From assembly GCA_001724265.1 (NCBI GenBank), contig MEDY01000042.1, forward strand, positions 62,001-126,000: 64,000 bases of DNA. The letters are read 5' to 3'. The notes under the pieces are model-generated. The model worked only from the letters and a program-made list of their open reading frames with translations. It was not told the DNA's origin and ran no database searches. A program made the position numbers and the translations under genes. The DNA comes from Rhizaria sp. SCN 62-66 (lineage: Eukaryota). Positions 1 to 11,893 of this stretch are shown piece by piece. Position 1 is the first letter of the stretch, and the number at the start of each line of letters is the position of its first letter.

Positions 1-2579
1 GAGCGCGATCCTCAGTTACATGCACGCGCTGCTGCTGCCACCGCGCGCGCCACTGCCACCGCTGCCTCTCAGACCGAGTCGTCGTCTTTTAAGAGTAGCA
101 GCAGCCTAGCGAACGCTGCTGCGAGCAAGGACGGTGGTGTCGTCGGAGCGACTCTTGCGCGCGCTTTCACGCCCGGACAGCTGACTGCGCTGGAGCGCGC
201 GGACCCGCTGCTGCAGAGCCGCGTGGAAGAGCTGCTCTCGCTGCGGGCCGATGCGCTGACGAGCAAGGACATCCGCGAGAACCAGACTCTGCTCGACCAG
301 GTACTTTTCACTTCTCATTTGAAACGACTAGTACAATAAGTTACCCCTTGTTTAAAATTAATGTTGTGACATGAGCTACAAAATTACATACTCTAACTTT
401 GCTTATGTTGATTTTTCTTGAATGTTCATTTTTTGTTTTGCTAATATTTTAGCGTGCAGTTCTGCGCAGGCGGAAGCTCCTTGCGGTGGCCAAGCTCCGG
501 TCCCTTCGCGAGCGCCGCGCTGCCGAGGCCGTTCTTGCCCATGCCATCTCGCACCCTGTCTGCCACACGCGCCACGCAGTCCCTGGCGCCAGTGCCGACG
601 GCGATGCCGCTCTGGCGCTGTCCAACGGCGGCGGCGTCGTCTCAGCAGCGTCACACCGTCTTTTCGAGTCCACCCGCCTCCGCTCGGACACAACCGCGGC
701 GACTCTGTTCCAGAAGCCTCCGTTCCACAACTTTGGCGCCGGCAACATCTCGCAGCCTGCCGTACTGCCGCGCCCGCGCACTGCCGCCGCCGCGGGAGCC
801 TGCGCCGCCGCGTCCCGCTCCGTCTCCGGCGGCGTCTGCGCCTATGAGGGCGACTGCGGTCGGTCGAGCTGCGGCTTCCTGCGCGCTCCCACCGTGCCCG
901 GCCGCTCGCAGTCGGCGCGTGCGCTGCGGCAGGTGCAGGGCAGCGGCGACAACTATCTCGTCTCCCACAACGCTTACGCTGACGGCGCGTCTGCTGCCGC
1001 GATCGCGGCCGCAGCGTCCCAGGGCGGCAGCAGCGGCGGTGGCATCCACAGCAGCGTCACGGGCGCCGGCGCCGTCGTCACCGGCGGGCCCAAGAAGGCG
1101 ACGATGGCGGGCACGCGCCAAGTGTACCAGTCGGTGCGCCGCGCAGTGCGCAACCGCGTCGCCGCTGCTGCGAGTGATGAGCGGTACATCGCGCTCATGG
1201 TCGAGCCGCGGATGCGTCAGACGGTGGCTGCGGAGAAGCTGAGGCAGGGCGCTGAGCGGGCCAAGAAGGATGGGGAGATCGCGGGGTACGTGCCCGAGAG
1301 CTACTACATTGGCAGCAACTTTAGCCACGACAAGAATAACGATGGGAAGGCTGGGACGAGTGTGAGCGGGCTCACGGTCACTGATGGCTCCGGCAACACC
1401 TACAGCAGTCATTGCCTCGACGCAGGCACCGCGAATAGCGGCGCTAACTCCAGTGGCTTTGTCGGCGGCTCTAGCGGCAGCACTGCCGTGTTCGTCCCTT
1501 TATCGCCGTCGCACACTGTCGCCGCCGCGGGCAACCCTGCTGTGCGCAAGCCTCCGCGCGCGGCCAGGCCCGCCTCTGCACAGCCGCTGCGCGTGCCGCG
1601 CGGCGCCGGCGTGCTCAAAGTCAAGACGCAGGCGGACGAAGTTAAATCGCATGCGGGCGAAGTCAAGCCGCCCCGGTCCACGTCGCGCCCTAAGACGGGC
1701 CGCGGCGGCGGTGCTGCTGCTGTTCAGAAGACTGCGAACATCTGTCAGAAGAAGACAGTGCATTGGGACGACGAAAGCAACAGCAACAGGAACACGAACA
1801 CTGAGAGCAGTGCCACATGCGGTGGGGCGAGCACCGCGACTGAGCCTGCGCCTAGCCCCACAGCTTCTGCCGCAGCTCCCCAGTCACAGCTGCCGTCACG
1901 GTCGCAGACTCAGACGCTGGCACAGAGTCAGGACGCGACTTTGGCTGCGTTAATGGCTCTACTGCAGCAGCCGCAGCCTCCCGCGGTTGCCGCTGCTTTG
2001 CGCGCTACCGCCGCCGCCGCCGCCGCTGCTGCCAAGTCCACAGTTGCTCAGAACAATCCGAGCGCTGCTAGTGCGCCTCTACTACCGCTGTACACACACG
2101 TCGCGTCCACCGCGCCGAGTGAGATGGCGCTGAACTGCGCACAGTCGCCGCTGAACACGTGCTCAGAGTCTCCGTCGAGTGCGCAATACATGCAGTCACG
2201 GTCTCAAGTGAGCTCACAGTCGGTTCCCGCGGCGCGGCCCCGTGTCGCGCAGTGGCGTACGACATACGGCGACGACTTCACAGACAAACACCCCTCTGCT
2301 CACGGTCACTCCGCGGCGGCTCACGGCGCCTCCTCCGCCGCTGCCCACAGTCAGTTCGCGACGGCGCAGCTCGCGACAGCGCGCAGCCACGCGAGCCCGG
2401 TCTCGCTGCCGCTGCGGGCGCGCGCGGCGCCGGAGAGTCTGCCTGCGGCGGGCGTCGCGTCGCACGCGGTGACTGCGGAGAGGGCGCGGGAGGCGTGGCG
2501 CGCGGCTGACGCGAGCGATCCGTGTGCGATACACGCGGATGCGGCGGCCGCGGCGCTTTGCTCCGGCCCCATCTGGTGA
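1..2579 (+). CDS. Ala/Ser-rich hypothetical protein, 5'-truncated; exons <1-300, 453-2579
   Basis: Frame 1 is open from base 1 to CAG|gtactt at 300/301. AT-rich intron 301-452 ends ttttag. The phase-0 join gives ...NQTLLDQ|RAVLRRRKLLAVAKLRSL..., continuous with ORF 486-2579, ending TGA. No recognisable domain. Confidence 0.75.
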
Positions 2580-3004
2580 GAGAGAGAGATAAGAACGCAC
2601 TCGAGCGCCTATAACTGGTGGGGTACATGTAAGACTGTGATGCGGAAGCGAAGTCGAAGATAGAACCATCTTGTGATCGTGGCATTGTGGCGGACTGTTT
2701 AATGAAGATTACTTTCAATATTTTTACACTTTTAAAAATCACTATGAGAGATAAATCAGGCCAATTGGTCGGCTTAAGGTATTCCTTCAAATTTGAGAAA
2801 GAGAGGCAGTGGCATTTGATATAATAAATTGACTTAGTTTATTTCACTTGTTTTGAACTAACACATAGATTATATTAAACTATAAAGCCGCAGACAACCA
2901 CGTTGGCAGTCAAAATGAGCGAATGTCTTCATCAAGCGCAACACAGAGAGGGATACGTCTGTAGTTGAAGAACGGGTGCGAGCGAGTTTGAATCATTTAA
3001 CTGC

Positions 3005-3319
3005 TTACGCGACGACGACGTCAACGGCAGCCTTGCCCTTGGCAGAGGAGCCGACGGTGAACTCGACCTTCTGGCCCTCCTGGAGGGAGCGGTAGCCGGA
3101 GCCCTTAATGCCGGTGAAGTGGACGAAGACGTCAGTGCCATCGTCACCACCGATGAAGCCGAAGCCCTTGGTGGCATCGAACCACTTGACGGTGCCAGTA
3201 GCACGGGCGCCAGCAGAGGGAGCATCGGAGAAGAAGCGGGGGAGCGCGGTGGCAAGGGGAGCAACCGCGGCGGGCTTGGCGAGGAAGGCGATAGCGCGCT
3301 TGGAGAAGATGGACAGCAT
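3005..3319 (-). CDS. Cold-shock domain (CspA-like) protein with N-terminal mitochondrial-type presequence, 104 aa
   Basis: [16 protein letters not shown] (RNP1) ... DVFVHFTGI (RNP2) ... [13 protein letters not shown]. The first ~31 aa are basic/hydrophobic with no acidic residues and end ...LPRFFS-D. Stop TAA. Confidence 0.92.
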   Translation of the reverse strand: MLSIFSKRAIAFLAKPAAVAPLATALPRFFSDAPSAGARATGTVKWFDATKGFGFIGGDDGTDVFVHFTGIKGSGYRSLQEGQKVEFTVGSSAKGKAAVDVVVA

Positions 3320-4181
3320 GTCGGCTAAGTCTGCGGTAATCAGGGAGATAAGACAAAGGGGTAGAAAGTCAGATTAGTCAGATAATTCTAGTAATACGAG
3401 CGTGCAACGACCATGTGAAAGTGCTGGAGCAACTCGCCGAGAAGTGAACATGTTGTGGCCGCTTGATATGGTGGCGCAAAACAGGGGACCAAAAATCATG
3501 CGGCAGTGGTGCGCAGAAAACATGCCGGGTTGTGCGAGTGCCTCCAAAAACAGGGAAGACGTCACGCACCAGTAGTGCGAAAATAAAAGATACATCAAGT
3601 GGTGCCTATTAATTTTAAGGAACAATGTCTGACTTCTATCCAACCGCGCACTGTGCCAATATGCACCTGGCAAATCCAACCCCAACCACACCACCGCAGG
3701 CCTTGCCAGCAATGACCGTGCAGACCGTGAGCAGGCCTAGTTCCCTCTCGCTCTTGCCAAACCGACTCCATATCTGGGCTCGTATTTGTAAAATGACACT
3801 ACGACACTTTGTTTAGACATTAATTTACTTTTATTATTCTAATTCTAGTTTCTTTAAGTCAACGACGATCGTCTTGACGATTTACCTGCCAGTTTTGCTT
3901 GCTTCCCGACCCCCTTTGTACCTTGGGCGTCGCACGGTTTCTGCCTCGAGCGCAACTATATTATCAGTAATTTCAATTCTGTATCTTGTTCTGTCTACTA
4001 ACCTAGTACCAATGTGTAATATTTTGCTTAAATAACTACTACTTATTGTTTTGATCTCTGAAACGCGTCTGTAGACCGAACTGCTTGTGTCTGTGGGTGA
4101 GAGCGACTTTCGCACCAACCTATCACACTTCACCACAGTCCTGCGTTCTGTCCCAGCGCTCTTTGCGTGCGCTCCCGTCGC

Positions 4182-4636
4182 ATGTCCACACATGCTGCTG
4201 CTGCTGCTGATGGCAGCGGTGAGATTTACGTGCAGCGTATGATTGCCGGCATCATCGTTTCCGCCATCACCTCTGCCGCACCCTCTCATTGTAACAACAA
4301 AGACACTGTGACCGCCGCTGCGGAGGACACTGCAGCTGCTGTGTCCTAGTGCGGCACTGAGGACGACGACAGCTCTGTTAAGGTGTACATCCGCAGTCTT
4401 ATCGAGGAAATTATTACCAGCGCCATCGCCCAGGCCTCCGCTCCCACTGCTGCGGTCGCTGCAGTCGCTCACTCCGCAGACGCTGGGGCGACCGCGTCTA
4501 CTGCAGACGCCGCCTCCGCAGCGCACCCTGCTCTGCCCGCTGCACTCTGCGCCGACCTCGCATCCGCGGCCGCCCGGTTGGCGTCCGCCCGCGCCGCCGC
4601 GCGCGCCGAGCTCGACCGCGGCAGCGAACACACGCG

Positions 4637-4668
<32 letters not shown>

Positions 4669-7600
4669 CGACCGCGCTGGCGGCCAAGCGCGCCGCCGAC
4701 GCCGCGTGGCGCGATCACGCCAGCAAGACGAAGACCGTGGCCGAGGCGGCGGCGCACGCGGCGGTGATCGCGGCGCAGGCGGAACGGACTGCGCTTAAGG
4801 CGTTGATGGCCAAGGAGAGCTCCCCGCTCGCGATGCTGTCCTCCGACTACAGCAGCAAAGACAACAACGACGACGACGCTGAAAACATCACCACAAACGC
4901 GGACGATTTTGCCGCCGTTGCTGTTGCTTTGAGTGCTGATGCTGGCATCGCACACGCGAGCGACGACGAAGAGGAAGAAGAAGAGATTGCACTTGAGGAG
5001 GACTTCACTGCCGCTGCCGCCGCCGCAGCCGCAGGGGCTGCTGACGCCCGTGCCAGTGCGAGTGGTAGTGATGGCTTGCTGCGCGTCTCTGTGCCAGAAC
5101 ACGAGGCACACATGCAGGAACACATGCGTCAACTCGCGCTCTCACTGCCCGGCGCCGCCGACGCCGCCGCGCGCCGCCGCGCAACCACCGCCGCTCTACG
5201 CTCGCAGCTCAAGACCCTCTCGGCCGACGCGGCGGCCGCGGCCGAGGTCGCTGCTGCCGCGCGCGCGGAGGCGCTGGCAGCGACACAAGAGGCTATGCGT
5301 GCGGTCACCACGCCTGTTATGGGGCCGGCGACGCCGCGAGCCGGCGCGGGAAGTCTGGCCGCCGGGGAAAGTCAAGCCGCTGCTTCAGCGTCATCGTCTT
5401 CGGCGGTGCTGCTCGTGCCGGAGCTTGACATCCGCGGCGCTCTTGACTCTGACTTGAGCACTACCGACGGAGCACACAACATTCAGAGCACTGTTGTTGA
5501 GCACAAGAGCCATGATAAACCCAACGCCACGACTGTTGTCGTCGACGCTGCTGCGTTCGACGCGCACTGCAACTGCGGCGCTGACGCTATCGCTGCTTCT
5601 GCTGCTGCTGGTGGCGCTGCTGCTGTCTCTGCGTCGTCGTCGTCATCGCTCTCTGCGGCGCTCCACGGCCCCTCGTGCCCCGCACTGCTTTCCTCCCCCG
5701 CCGCCGTGGCCGACCACGACCTTCCACCATCGGTGTCCGCCGTCGCCGAAGCCGTCGCCCACGCGCACGACCTCGCTGCAGGTCCGCGTGCGCCGCTGCT
5801 GGCGCTCACCTCGCCACCCGGCGGCCCGCAGCCCGCTCTGCGCGCTCAGCTGTCGCTTGTCTCCGCCGCCGCCGCGTCCGCCGCGATGGCGCGCGCAGAG
5901 GCAGCGACCGCGGCGGAGGAGACCCGCGCGAAGACCAGGGCTGCGGGCAAGGCGGCGGCCACGACCGCGGCGGCGGCGGCTGCGGCACACGCTGCTCTTG
6001 CTCAGGTACGTAATATCTCAAACAAAGCGAAACCTTACTTAGCTATCAAAAGTTGTCCGATACCTTTACGATTGAACCTTACACACGATTATTTTCCTGT
6101 TTTCACCCTCTTTTGTTTTGATTTCATAATAGGCGCGTGCCGGCCACCGCGCCGCGATGGCGAACGTGCTGGCCGACGTTAAGGCCGCCGCTGTCGAGCT
6201 CCGCTCCATGGCAGTCAGCGCGAACACCGACGCCGCGCGCGCCGAGGCCGACGCTGCCGAGGCTGAAGTGGAGGCGTTGATGGCGACTACGCTGACGGCG
6301 ACGCTGTCCAACTCGTACAACTCGCGTGGCAATGCGGTGACGGGGAAACCGACACTGGCGAGAGTCGGTGAGACTGAAGCCGACGAAGAGAAGACTTCTC
6401 ACACTGTCGCGAAAACCGCTGACTCTACTGCTGGTGAGTCTGTTGTAGCTGCGAAGGTCGTGCTCACTGTGACAGACTGCGCTGAAAGTCTCGCTAAGAG
6501 CAACTCTCGTGCGGGCAAGCCTGAGTTTGTCCCTGTGCCGCTGCAGTCTGTCGTCGCCTCTGCTGCTGCTGCTGCTCCGGAGGTCGCTGTCGACTCTGTT
6601 GTCAATCTAGACTTCATCAACGAGCAGTTGCGCGATGCCCAGCTTAAGATTGCTGCCGCCGAAGCCATGGCGGCCGAGGCCGTGTCCCGCGCGTCAATCG
6701 CCGAAGGCATGGCTCTCGCGGCGGACGGCCGGTCCGCAGCGGCCGACGCCAAGGCTGCCGCCGCCGAGGCGAAGGCCGCTGCCGCCGGCGTGGGCACTGC
6801 GGAGGCTGAGAGCGCGTTGCTCGCCAAACTGCGCGCTGCTGAGCAAAGCGCAGCAGACGCGCGGGCGGATGCCGCGGCTGCGAAGGCTGCGATCGCTCAG
6901 CTTGAGGCCGCATCCTCCACGGCAGCTGCGCAAACCGAGTCAATGCTCGCGCAGTCACAGGCCGAGGTTCTGCGTCTGCAGTCTCTGCTCACAGCCTCTC
7001 AGAGCGTCAGTGCTGATTCTGCCGATGCGATTGCGCGCGCCGATGCCGCTGAGGCCGCTTGGGCCACTGCCCAGTCGCGCGCCGAGACCGCTGAGTGCCG
7101 CGCCGCCGCCGCCGAGGCCCGTATCGCTGCTGCCGAGGCCGCCGCTACCGAGGCCAAGGCCGCTGCCGCTGAGGCTGCTGCAGCCGCCGCGGACGCTGAG
7201 GAACGTGCCGCCGAGGCGGAGGCCGCGGCCGCGTTTGGCGCCGCCGCGGACTCGCTTTTTGGCTCCCCCGTCGCCCCCATCGCTCCTCATAGTATCAGCG
7301 AGCCCTCGGACTCGGTCCGCGACGCCTCGTCGCGCTCTGCAGCGCAGGCGGAGAAGGTCGCCGAGCTTGAGACTGCGTGCGCAGGGCTCGAAGCCACTGT
7401 CGCGCAGCAGAGCGCTGAGCTACACCGCGCTCAGTCCGACGCGGCGCGCACCGAGGCAGCGTTGCGGCGTGACGTTGCCGCCGCGCGCGCTGATGCTGAC
7501 GCCGCAAGGTCTGCGTACGCCGCACTTCAGTCTGACTTTAACGCCGCTGTCGCCAACGCAAGAACAGGCGTAAATACGAGTATGAGTGCGAGTAATGTGG

Positions 7601-9591
7601 CGATCACGCACTCGCCGTCCACCGAGGCTGCAGTGACCGCCGCCGTGGCCGCCGCGGTGCGCGACACCAGCGCTAAGTTCGCCGTCGCCCTCACCGCTCT
7701 GCGCGCGCACATGGCCGCGCAGCACCGCGACGCCGAGGCCGCGCTCGCGCATCTGCGCAGTCAGCACGCCGCCGCGTTTGCCGCCGCCGAAAGGGCCCAT
7801 GCCGCGGCGTTAGAGGAGGCGCAGGCCCGTGGAGCGCAGAACGCAACCGCGCTGGGCCGCGCGGGCGCCGAGACGCTCGCCGAGCGCGCGGCGGCGCACG
7901 AGGCGGCGCTGGCGCGGGCGCGAGCACAAGTCGACGCCGCGCGCGAGGACGCTGAGTTAGCCGCGGAAGACGCCGCCGCCGCGCGTGAGGAAGCGGCTAA
8001 AGCGGACGCCCGCGTCGCTGAAGTCCTCGCCGCTGAGGAAGAGCGCCGCGCTGATTTAGAGCAGGCGGTGCGTGAGGCTGAGGAGGAGGTCAACGCCGCG
8101 CGCGCCGCCGCCGCGATGCAGGCGAGCACAGTGTCTGCGCAGGCCGCGCAGCTGGTTGAGCTGCACTCGTACTGCGTCGAACTGGAGGATTTGGTCGAGC
8201 AAGGTGACGGCGAGGCCGCGTTCGAGGGCCGCCGCACGCGCCGCGCGCTCGTTGAGGAGGCCTCTGCGCTGTCGCAACGGCTGGCCACGGCGCGAGTCGC
8301 CGCGGACAAGGCCCGCGAGGAGCGCAATCGTGACCGCACGCAGTGCGAGGCCGCGGTCGCCGCGCTGCTGGCCGGCTGGGTGCTCGGTGACCGGCCGCCG
8401 TTGGAGGCGCATGCGATGGCGGCGCGGCAAACCACTGCGCTCGCCCCCAGCAAGAGCTCGGGCTCGGTGGTCGAGGCCGCTGCCGCTGCGCGTGCGCGTG
8501 CGCTGTTGTATCTCCAGTTCGTGCCGCAAGATGTGCTCGCTTCTCCTGTCGCGCCCTCTGCGATCTCCACTGCAATGGCCACCGCCGTGAACTCCAGCAG
8601 CAGTAGCGGTGCGGGGTCGCCAATGTCTGCGCGCATGCAGTCTCCGTCCCGCGGGCCGACCCCATTTGCGTACCAGTCGCAACAGCAGCAGCCGCGGCGC
8701 GAGAGAGGCGTCGTGCTGCATTTACCGCCCGTCGCACTGCCCGTGACCGCACCCGCCACCGTCGCTGACGCTTCCGCGACCGCGCGCGCGCTGTCGGCGC
8801 AGATGGGCATCGACGCGGGGACCAAGAACGCGCACAAGAGGGCGGTTGACGCCATTGCTGGTGCGGCGGCTAGTGTGGAGGCCCGGGCGTACCGTGGCCG
8901 CGCGCGTAGCAGCCGTCGCGTCAGTGAGGAGGAGGAGGACGAACGTAAGGTGAACAGTGAGGATAACGACTACGACGTTGCCAATGAGGATTATGGTGCT
9001 TGTGGCGCTTACAGTGATAGCGATGAAGAAGGCGCACACGTGCGTTACGGCGGCGCTGCGAGCGGTCACACTAACAGCGAGTACAGTAACGGTCAACACA
9101 GCGACGAGGATGAAGATGACTATTACTACGAGCGCAGCAAGAGCAATATGACCGCCGCCCACTCGCACGCACGCCACGGTAGCCGCCGCGGGGATGATCT
9201 CGACGTCACTGTGGCGACATGCGCGACCCCCCGCAATCGCGTGTTGGCTGAGACTCAGTGTCAGGCTCAGACTGCGCCCAAGACGGTTCCGCTGTCGCTC
9301 GCAGTGCCGTACCCGTCCAACACGCAGTCACAATGCCAGAGGCCGCGGTCCCGCTCGCAGTCGCCCGCGCCCATGCGCCAGCAGCAGCAACAGCACGCGG
9401 CGCGCACAAGTGTCGCGATCGTGGCCGCATCGGGCAGCGCGCCGCCCCCTGCGCTGGTAAATCCGCCCAAGTCGCAGTGGAACGCGTGGCGCGTACAACC
9501 GAGCGCGCCCGCAGCGACAACAACAGCTGATCCTAGCCACGTGTACACGGTTGAGGACCAGCTTGATGATCTGTTTGCCGAGTTTCTGTGA
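4182..9591 (+). CDS. Large Ala-rich coiled-coil protein (~1760 aa if the in-frame TAG at 4347-4349 is read through); exons 4182-6005, 6133-9591
   Basis: ATG 4182, ORF 4167-4349 and ORF 4383-6182 share one frame, separated only by the TAG. Intron 6006-6132 (CAG|gtacgt...aatag|GCG) joins in phase 0 to ORF 6157-9591. Long A/E/R helical stretches. Stop TGA. Confidence 0.7.
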
Positions 9592-9957
9592 GAAATTGCT
9601 TTTATTTTGATGTATATATTCTCTGATTCGTTTGTTTTTGACCAGTGTGTGGTTTGGGCCAGGCAAGTGAAGGCTGTACCGAAGCCCGTTGCTCTTGTAT
9701 AGGCATTACGTCAGCCCTGAATCGTTAATTCAACAAACTATTGCGATTACGCGCAATTAGTATAACTAATATATAACCTCTTTTAATTATCACTCTAGAA
9801 TCGTTCATATTACATGTGTACTCTTCTTTGAAAGACTTTGCAGTTCTTTGCCAGAGCCGTTGCAAACCAACGTTATTGAACCCATATTTAATCATCTTAC
9901 TGATCTCAATTCGCGCATTAACCTTGATTTCTTGTTGTAACACACTGATTTTCAAAG

Positions 9958-11565
9958 ATGTCTGTGGGGCGCATCACCCCCGTGAAGAAGCGCGCCGTGC
10001 GCGAGGCTGACGGGACAATCCGTATTCTCGAAGACGGCGAGCAGCCAGGTGACTTTAAGGGCTCCTTCCGCGAGCCTCCGCGGCGCGCGCACAACGCGTT
10101 CAAAAACCCAGGCCACCACTTAGAGGACCGCGTGCAGAAGATTCTCACATGGGAAGGTTTTTCGCGCGTCGAGATCAACCGCCTTGTGCGCGACGGCGAC
10201 GGTAATTTATCGGAACTGGACGTCGTAGGCTGGGGCGGCCGTTACTTTTCGCGCTGGCTCCCGCGCTCCTGGTCTCCGCTCAAGTTTGGGCAAGGCTCTG
10301 TGTTTGTTGAGTGCAAGCGCTATAGCCAGGGCAACCCCGTGTCTCTGGCCGACGCCGCGAAGTTTAAGGAAGTCGGTGTTTTAAACAACCTCCCACGCCG
10401 CAACATGCTCATGGTAACGACATCGTCCTACGTGCCGCGCGCGCGCAAGATCGGCATCTCTACGGTCGACGGCGCCGCGCTGGCCAAGTGGGAGCGCGCG
10501 GCGTGGCGCCGGTTTCGCCAGCGCCGCGTGCGCCGCGCGGTGATCGGCGCTGTCGTCGGCGCCGCGGCGCTCACGGTCACCTGGGGCGCGTCAAAGGCAC
10601 GCGAGCTGCGCACAAAGCGGTGTGACTCGGCTCCGTCGCGCGACGCGTCGCTGTTTTCGCGCAAAGTGTGGGAGATGACTGGGACGAGTGCGCCAGCACA
10701 GAGGCGCGCGTTTCTGATGTCGTCGTCAAACACCAACGCTTCTGCCGTCACAAGTACCAGCGGCTCCTCACAGTCTTCGTCGTCGTCGTCTCGTTCAACG
10801 TCGACGTGGCCTGGACTGGGCGTTGTTGTGACGCTGCACTCAGCCACCGCGGCTGCGCGCGCCGCCGCAGACGCCGCGTCTGCTTCGGCCACCGCTCTCG
10901 AGACCGCCGCCGCCGCCGCCGGTGCCGCTGCCGCTACGAACAGCAAGGCACTCGCAAACAACAACAGTTCCGGTGCCTCGAAGACGGCGAGTGGGGCGAG
11001 CGCTGACTCTGTTGCTGCTGTGAACACGTCGTTTTCGGACACGATGTTGACGAACCCTTTCGAGTCGCTGTGGTCTGTTCCCGTCCGCGCCCTCAAGCAA
11101 ACCGAACTGGGCAAGTCCATCTCGAGTGTGCTAGAGCCATCTCTGGCGGACGAGGAGCAGCGCCGCCGCCGCAAGACCACCGGCGAGCTCTCCTTCGCTG
11201 ACCGCGCCGGTGACGTTGCCAGAGTCGGTTGGAGCGGGGCTAAGCGCGCCGCGTCGTGGCTGCGGCGGCCTGCGGGCGGGTTCCGGACCTGGTTTTGGGC
11301 CAGGAACGACGCTGTTGAGATCGTGTGGATGCCCGCTGGCTGCGCGCTGAGCCACCCACATGCGACCGTGGGGCCCGCATGCGCGTCGTGGTTCCCCGAG
11401 CAGGGCGAGACGCCGACACACACCGCGGCCGGGCGCAACCAGAGCGGGGGGGCCGCGCAGCATGAGAGTGAGGTGGTGCGGCCTGTAAGGCTCTTCAGGA
11501 TCCCGGTTCCACACTTTTTGTCCGTGCCAAAGGTTGGGGCTTTTGTGCCGCAGTCCTCCCGTTGA
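9958..11565 (+). CDS. Mrr-like (type IV restriction endonuclease fold, PD-(D/E)XK) domain protein with a TM segment and low-complexity tail, 535 aa
   Basis: GHHLEDRVQKIL..EGF..VE...ELDVVG...VFVECKRY...PVSLADAAKF...MLMVTTSSYVPRA...GISTVDGAALAKW follows the Mrr_cat pattern. Hydrophobic AVIGAVVGAAALTVTWGA follows a basic stretch. No intron. Stop TGA. Confidence 0.8.
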   Translation: MSVGRITPVKKRAVREADGTIRILEDGEQPGDFKGSFREPPRRAHNAFKNPGHHLEDRVQKILTWEGFSRVEINRLVRDGDGNLSELDVVGWGGRYFSRWLPRSWSPLKFGQGSVFVECKRYSQGNPVSLADAAKFKEVGVLNNLPRRNMLMVTTSSYVPRARKIGISTVDGAALAKWERAAWRRFRQRRVRRAVIGAVVGAAALTVTWGASKARELRTKRCDSAPSRDASLFSRKVWEMTGTSAPAQRRAFLMSSSNTNASAVTSTSGSSQSSSSSSRSTSTWPGLGVVVTLHSATAAARAAADAASASATALETAAAAAGAAAATNSKALANNNSSGASKTASGASADSVAAVNTSFSDTMLTNPFESLWSVPVRALKQTELGKSISSVLEPSLADEEQRRRRKTTGELSFADRAGDVARVGWSGAKRAASWLRRPAGGFRTWFWARNDAVEIVWMPAGCALSHPHATVGPACASWFPEQGETPTHTAAGRNQSGGAAQHESEVVRPVRLFRIPVPHFLSVPKVGAFVPQSSR

Positions 11566-11893
11566 AGTGGCTGATTTACAGTCCTTGCGTCGAGGTCTGT
11601 GTGGTGCAAAGTGTGACGTTATTTAACGCGTGGCCAAGTGCCAACGGTCAAATTTCTTCAAGTTGATCGAATCTTCGAGGATCATTTTGAAAGAAATTCA
11701 CTCGTTATATTGTGTATGTTTAAGTTTATCATCACATTTTTTTGATTGAATTTCTTGCTGTGTACGCTATTTGTTATTTAGACGTTGTATCTGGTTAGGT
11801 CTCCTGCGCTGATACATAACACCATTCTCTGCATCTTCCCAGTCTGTTCGTCCCTCGAATCGTTCGTGACTTCGCACAACAGCACCCACAACT

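Noticed and set aside
69-318. Minus-strand ORFs 69-311 and 106-318, the latter ending in TAG and initially a candidate third readthrough
   Set aside because: The region is better explained as a plus-strand exon (<1-300) with a proper donor, spliced in frame to 453. The minus ORFs are shadows.
3320-3420. Possible 5'-UTR intron upstream of the cold-shock gene (pyrimidine tract plus CAG on the minus strand)
   Set aside because: No consensus GTACG donor is identifiable nearby; it cannot be supported without transcripts.
4341-4349. GTGTCCTAG as a 9-nt micro-intron removing the TAG
   Set aside because: Far below the smallest known spliceosomal introns, and unlike the 108-205 nt AT-rich GTACG introns in this window.
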